From Sphyrna mokarran (Eukaryota): a stretch of 64,000 nucleotides of DNA. The stretch spans positions 101,246,001 to 101,310,000 of the forward strand of contig JAGIQG010000001.1 of NCBI GenBank assembly GCA_024679065.1, written 5' to 3'. Below are positions 59,829-64,000 of this stretch, one piece after another. The notes beneath the pieces are model-generated. The model had not been told where the DNA came from. It ran no database searches and saw only the letters and a program-made list of their open reading frames with translations. The position numbers and the translations under genes are program-made. Positions within the stretch are counted from its first letter, which is position 1. Each line of letters begins with the position of its first letter.

Positions 59829-61168
59829 TAGAACATAGAACATTACAGCGCAGAACAGGCCCTTCGGCCTTCGATGTTGCGCCGACCAATTAGGAAAAAG
59901 CAATGACCCTCTAACCTAAACCATTCCCTTTTCGTTCATAAACTTATCTACTAACCTCTTAAACGCCACCAAACTTGGCGCATCTACAACTGACGCAGGC
60001 AGGGCATTCCATACCCTTACCACCCTCTGGGTAAAGAACCTACCTCTGACATCTGTCCTATAACCACCACCCCTTAATTTAAAGCTATGTCCCCTCGTGC
60101 TAGCTTTCTCCATCCTAGGAAAAAGGCTATCATTGTCCACCCTATCTAAACCTCTAATCATCTTATATGCTTCAATAAGGTCTCCTCTTAGCCGCCTTCT
60201 TTCTAACGAAAACAACCTCAAATCCCTCAGCCTCTCTTCATAAGACCTGCCCTCCATACCAGGCAACATCCTGGTAAACCTCCTCTGTACCCTCTCCAAT
60301 GCCTCCACATCTTTCTTATAATGTGGGGACCAGAACTGCACACAATACTCCAAGTGCGGCTGCACTAGAGTTTTGTACAGTTGCAACATGACGTTGCGGC
60401 TCCGAAATTCAATCCCCCTATCAATAAAAGCTAAGACTCCGTATGCCTTCTTAACAACCTTATCGACTTGATTGCCAACTTTCAGGGATCTATGCACATA
60501 TACACCAAGATCCCTCTGTTCATCAACACTATTAAGAGTCCTACCATTAGCCCTATACTCTACACATTTGTTATTCCTGCCAAAGTGAATTACTTCACAC
60601 TTTTCCACATTAAACTCCATTTGCCACCTCTCGGCCCAGCTCTGCAACTTGTCCAAGTCTCTCTGCAAACTATAACACCCCTCTTCACTATCTATCACTC
60701 CTCCGACTTTGGTGTCATCCGCAAATTTACTAATCCATCCCTCAATACCCTCATCCAGATCATTTATAAAAATTACAAACAGCAGGGGCCCCAAAACAGA
60801 TCCCTGAGGTACTCCACTAGTAACCGAACTCCATGATGAATATCTTCCATCAACCATTACCCTCTGTCTTCTATCAGCTAGCCAATTCCTAATCCAATTA
60901 GCTAAATCACCCTCAATCCCATACATCTGCATTTTCTGCAGAAGCCTTCCATGGGCCACCCTATCGAACGCCTTACTAAAGTCCATATGTACCACATCAA
61001 CTGCCTTACCCCCATCCACCTCTTTGGTCACTTTTTCAAAAACCTCAATAAGTTTAGTAAGGTGTGACCTACCCTTCACAAAACCATGCTGACTATCGCC
61101 AATCAATTCATTTCTCTCTAAATAACTATAAATCCTATCCTTAATAATTCTCTCCAATACTTTGCCCA
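59829..61168 (-). mobile_element. Young 5'-truncated CR1 (same subfamily as 30698-32641) with open RT frame
   Basis: Frame 59916..61211 from GKVLERII onward is nearly identical to the 591-aa ORF; (TTCTATG) tail. Confidence 0.97.
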
Positions 61169-61744
61169 AAATACCAGGGTACATCTGGTACAATGGTACA
61201 TCTAATACCATTTTTTACCAAAATGGTATTAGATGTACCATTTAATTTTAAATACTCCCAGTATCTTGTGTCTTTATTCTCTATTGAACTTGTAAGTAAA
61301 TCATGAGCCTTCATGTAGTAATGTAATATCAGAGTGTCCTCGCCCTTTGAAAAAGACAGTGAAGTATAGTGACCGTCCCACATAATGTCAAGTGAGGAAA
61401 ATACTTCAATTTGGGGTTCGTTGTTAAATCTGTGTACACTAACCCCTGTTCAGTATGTTCCAATTTTGTAGGTCATTAAGTATGCTTGTTTCAAAAGGTT
61501 TTGGGAAAAGCCAATTGCTTTTCTTGTACTATATTCAATTACCTCCTCCACCTCAACCAGAAATGATCACTTGTACAATCAAAAATATTTTTTCTCCCAA
61601 AGTACCATCAGTGTTTGTTGATACTCAGTGAGTAGCATCAAAGTGGCTGCAGTTACATCAAACATTGTGCATGGCAAAGCACGGGACAGGTGATGGAGAA
61701 GCAGCATGCATTTGCAAGATAACACCATGTCTGCTGTGACATTG

Positions 61745-61878
61745 ATGTGGAGATACTGGTGTTGGACTGAGGTAAACACAGTAAGAAGTCTCTCAACACC
61801 AGATTGAAGTCCAACAGGCTTATTTGGTAGCAAACACCACTAGCTTTTGGGGGCTGCACCCCTTTGTCGCGTGAGTCA
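61745..61878 (-). mobile_element. Penelope-like terminal repeat with decayed hammerhead
   Basis: Minus strand gcgacaaaGGGGtgcagCCCCcaaaagctag fits a decayed CTGACGA-stem-GAAAGCT motif. Confidence 0.6.
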
Positions 61879-62145
61879 CCTTACTACTTACTGCAAGATT
61901 GCCACATTGTTGGGTTGTCTGGCTGGCCTCAATCCAGAAGTAAGTTAGAATAGTGAGGAGGCTGTAAGGGGCAGAGTGTTTCTAGTTCAGAATATTCATC
62001 TGCGTGCAATCTATCATACTTAACACCTAAGTGTCTGCTTTATTCCTATAAGCTTGTTCTACTCATTATTCTTAATGAATATTTTGTTCATCTTCATAAA
62101 AGAGGGAACCGAGGGAGGGGAGAAAAATATTGGAGTGGGGTAGTG

Positions 62146-62502
62146 AGTGGAAATTTTCCTTTTTTTTGGTGGTGTCATCTTGGGTGGAAAAGTGGAGAGT
62201 AGCCTGCCAGCAGGTGGCATTGTCCAGTTTTCTCACCATATTTTAAACAAATTGAGAAAAAACTAAGTAATAGGAAGGTCCCATGACATGTCAGTGGGGT
62301 GGAGTCATCCTGCCAGCAAATAAAGTTTGTAAAACATTGATTTCCCTCCCCTCCCACCCCCGAACTCTACTCTGGAATGTTCTGCTTGCCAGGCACATGT
62401 TGTGGGGGAGCTGTTGTGGATTCATGTCGGTATGAATTGGCAATTTAACATGGGTGGTCCATCAGGTGTGAAGTTAAACACTCGAATGGGGAAATTCTGC
62501 CA
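62146..62502. mobile_element. Possible non-autonomous DNA transposon (MITE/Harbinger-like) remnant
   Basis: GC-richer block bounded by imperfect inverted ends gtggaaattttcc ... gggaaattctgcc. Confidence 0.35.
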
Positions 62503-62523
62503 ACATAAAAGCCGTTTTGGGAC

Positions 62524-62525
<2 letters not shown>

Positions 62526-62555
<30 letters not shown>
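62526..62555 (+). repeat. (AC)15 microsatellite
   Basis: Perfect dinucleotide run read directly. Confidence 0.98.
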
Positions 62556-62557
<2 letters not shown>

Positions 62558-62559
62558 CA

Positions 62560-63290
62560 AATAAAGTGGAAAAATTCCTCAACAGTGAAAGAGGAAATAT
62601 GAAGGGGTTTAGCATCTTTGGAAGGAGATAAATTGCCAGAATTGGCTGAAGTGCATCCCTGGCTGCTAATAGACATGAGGAAGGAAATAGGGCTGGCACT
62701 GATTATTTTACAATCCTCCCTGTCTGTAGACTGGTGGAATATATCATTGCTTGAAAAAGTGAAGGAAGGATTAACCACACCTAACCTCTATGATGGGCAA
62801 ATTATTGGAAAGATTCTGGGAGAGACTATAAATTATCATTTAGAAAGGCTTAAATTAATCAAGAGCAGTCTGAAAGGATTTGACAAGGGCCGGGCCTGAT
62901 GAACTTGACTTAATTGTTTGAGGAAGTAACAAGTTGGTTGATGCAGATAGAACGTTTGATGTTGTCGTAAGGATTTTAGCAAAGCTTTCCTCAACATATC
63001 CCATGCAGACTAGCCAAAAAAGATAAAAGCCCTTGGCACCCGAGGGAAAGTGATAAGTTGGATCCAAAATTGACTCAGTGTCAGAAAGCTAAGTGTTAGT
63101 GGTAGATGGGCATTTTTGTGACTGCTGTGCAGTTAGGACAGTGCTATGTTCCTTGCTGTTCGTGGTACAGACATAAATGCGAAGAGGTGGTTAACAAGTT
63201 TTTAGATGATATGAAAATTGGCCAGTTGGCTGAGAATGAGACAGGAAGTGCAGACTGCAGGAATCTGTCAATGGTCTGTTTAGGTGGGCA
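62560..63290 (+). mobile_element. Old CR1 RT fragment
   Basis: HPWLL..., GFDKGRA, gattttagcaaagctttc (DFSKAF), KFLDDMKIG. Confidence 0.8.
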
Positions 63291-64000
63291 AAATGTTGCT
63301 ATGTTTCTAAAATGGATAGGGTGCAAGCAAATTTCTAGGCCATCGTATCAAAAACAAGAAAATGTGATAAGACACTACATTTTTGAGCACGTCAGTACAC
63401 TTTGCGTCATGTAGGAAGCCTGAAGATCTTCTCCAGTGTGTTTAAAATGTCAGCATTATCAATCTTCTGTCTTCAACAAGTGAGAAAATCAGAGAATTCT
63501 GTTACATTTGTACTCTGTAATGCAAAATTAAGATGACGTTTGTAATTTTGGAGATGTGATCTGCTATGAATGACAGGACATGCGGGTGAAGAATGCTTGT
63601 GAATTATTAAAGAAAAAAGACCCCAGCAGATATATTTTGTCCATATTATATTCAATGATTAGGATAGGAGTTAAACAAACACTTAATGGATTGATTCTTT
63701 GTGGGGCCCGGATTGAACTTTTCTCAGCTTAAATATGATTTGTTTTTAGATTTTATTGGAAAACAATTAGTCCTTTACAGAGTTGCAGGCTATGTGTATT
63801 TAAATAATAAATTGGAGGGAAAGAAAAAGCAAACTGATAAGTGAGGTTTATATTTCGTGACCTATTAGTCTCATGATTAAAAATCCTCGAATGGGATTAA
63901 CCAGTTCAGTGACTGAGCAAGTCAACTTCTATTTTTCATGTGGAAATTCTTAATTTATGTTTATGTTTAATGAAACTCATTCCAGGACCCTTCCTATTTG

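Larger units (their letters stand above)
58976..64000 (+). other. LDB2: LDB2 intron downstream of the exon (continues beyond window)
   Basis: GTAAGA donor at 58976; next exon (IGRTLIPRYF...) not seen. Confidence 0.85.

Noticed and set aside
61169-61211. N-terminus (MVLDVPLYQMYPG) of the 431-aa ORF
   Set aside because: Encoded by the templated hairpin junction, not by the LINE.
1-64000. Remaining 60-150 aa ORFs as host genes; prokaryotic systems such as CRISPR, retrons or operons
   Set aside because: The short ORFs are repeat-derived, antisense shadows of RT frames, or random. All RTs are eukaryotic non-LTR or Penelope types, and I saw no regularly spaced repeat-spacer array.

Overview
Vertebrate genomic DNA, almost certainly an elasmobranch (shark/ray), judged from HE1-type V-SINEs, HER1/CR1-type LINEs and Deu-type SINEs. 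The only securely supported host coding sequence is a 103-nt + strand exon at 58873-58975 (DSDNLWWDAFATEFFEDDATLTLSFCLEDGPKRY), matching LIM-domain-binding protein 2 (LDB2). The rest of the window is therefore inferred to be LDB2 intron, densely filled with retroelements (CR1, L2-group, Rex1/Babar, RTE, Penelope-like, SINEs) plus a decayed PIF/Harbinger transposon. Main points of interest: (1) a CR1 LINE lineage with a long, structured 3' UTR that opens at a conserved AG|GT splice-acceptor motif and contains the V-SINE central domain without a tRNA head; (2) a candidate in-frame alternative 5' coding exon of LDB2 at 57275-57373; (3) fossil minimal hammerhead ribozymes in several Penelope-like families; (4) perfect snap-back hairpins at LINE junctions; (5) a possible retroviral gag/CR1 chimera; (6) a Harbinger Myb/SANT gene with readable introns, split by a Rex1 insertion. 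Repeat boundaries were read by eye (about +/-20-50 nt for old copies) and family names come from motif recognition, not database searches.
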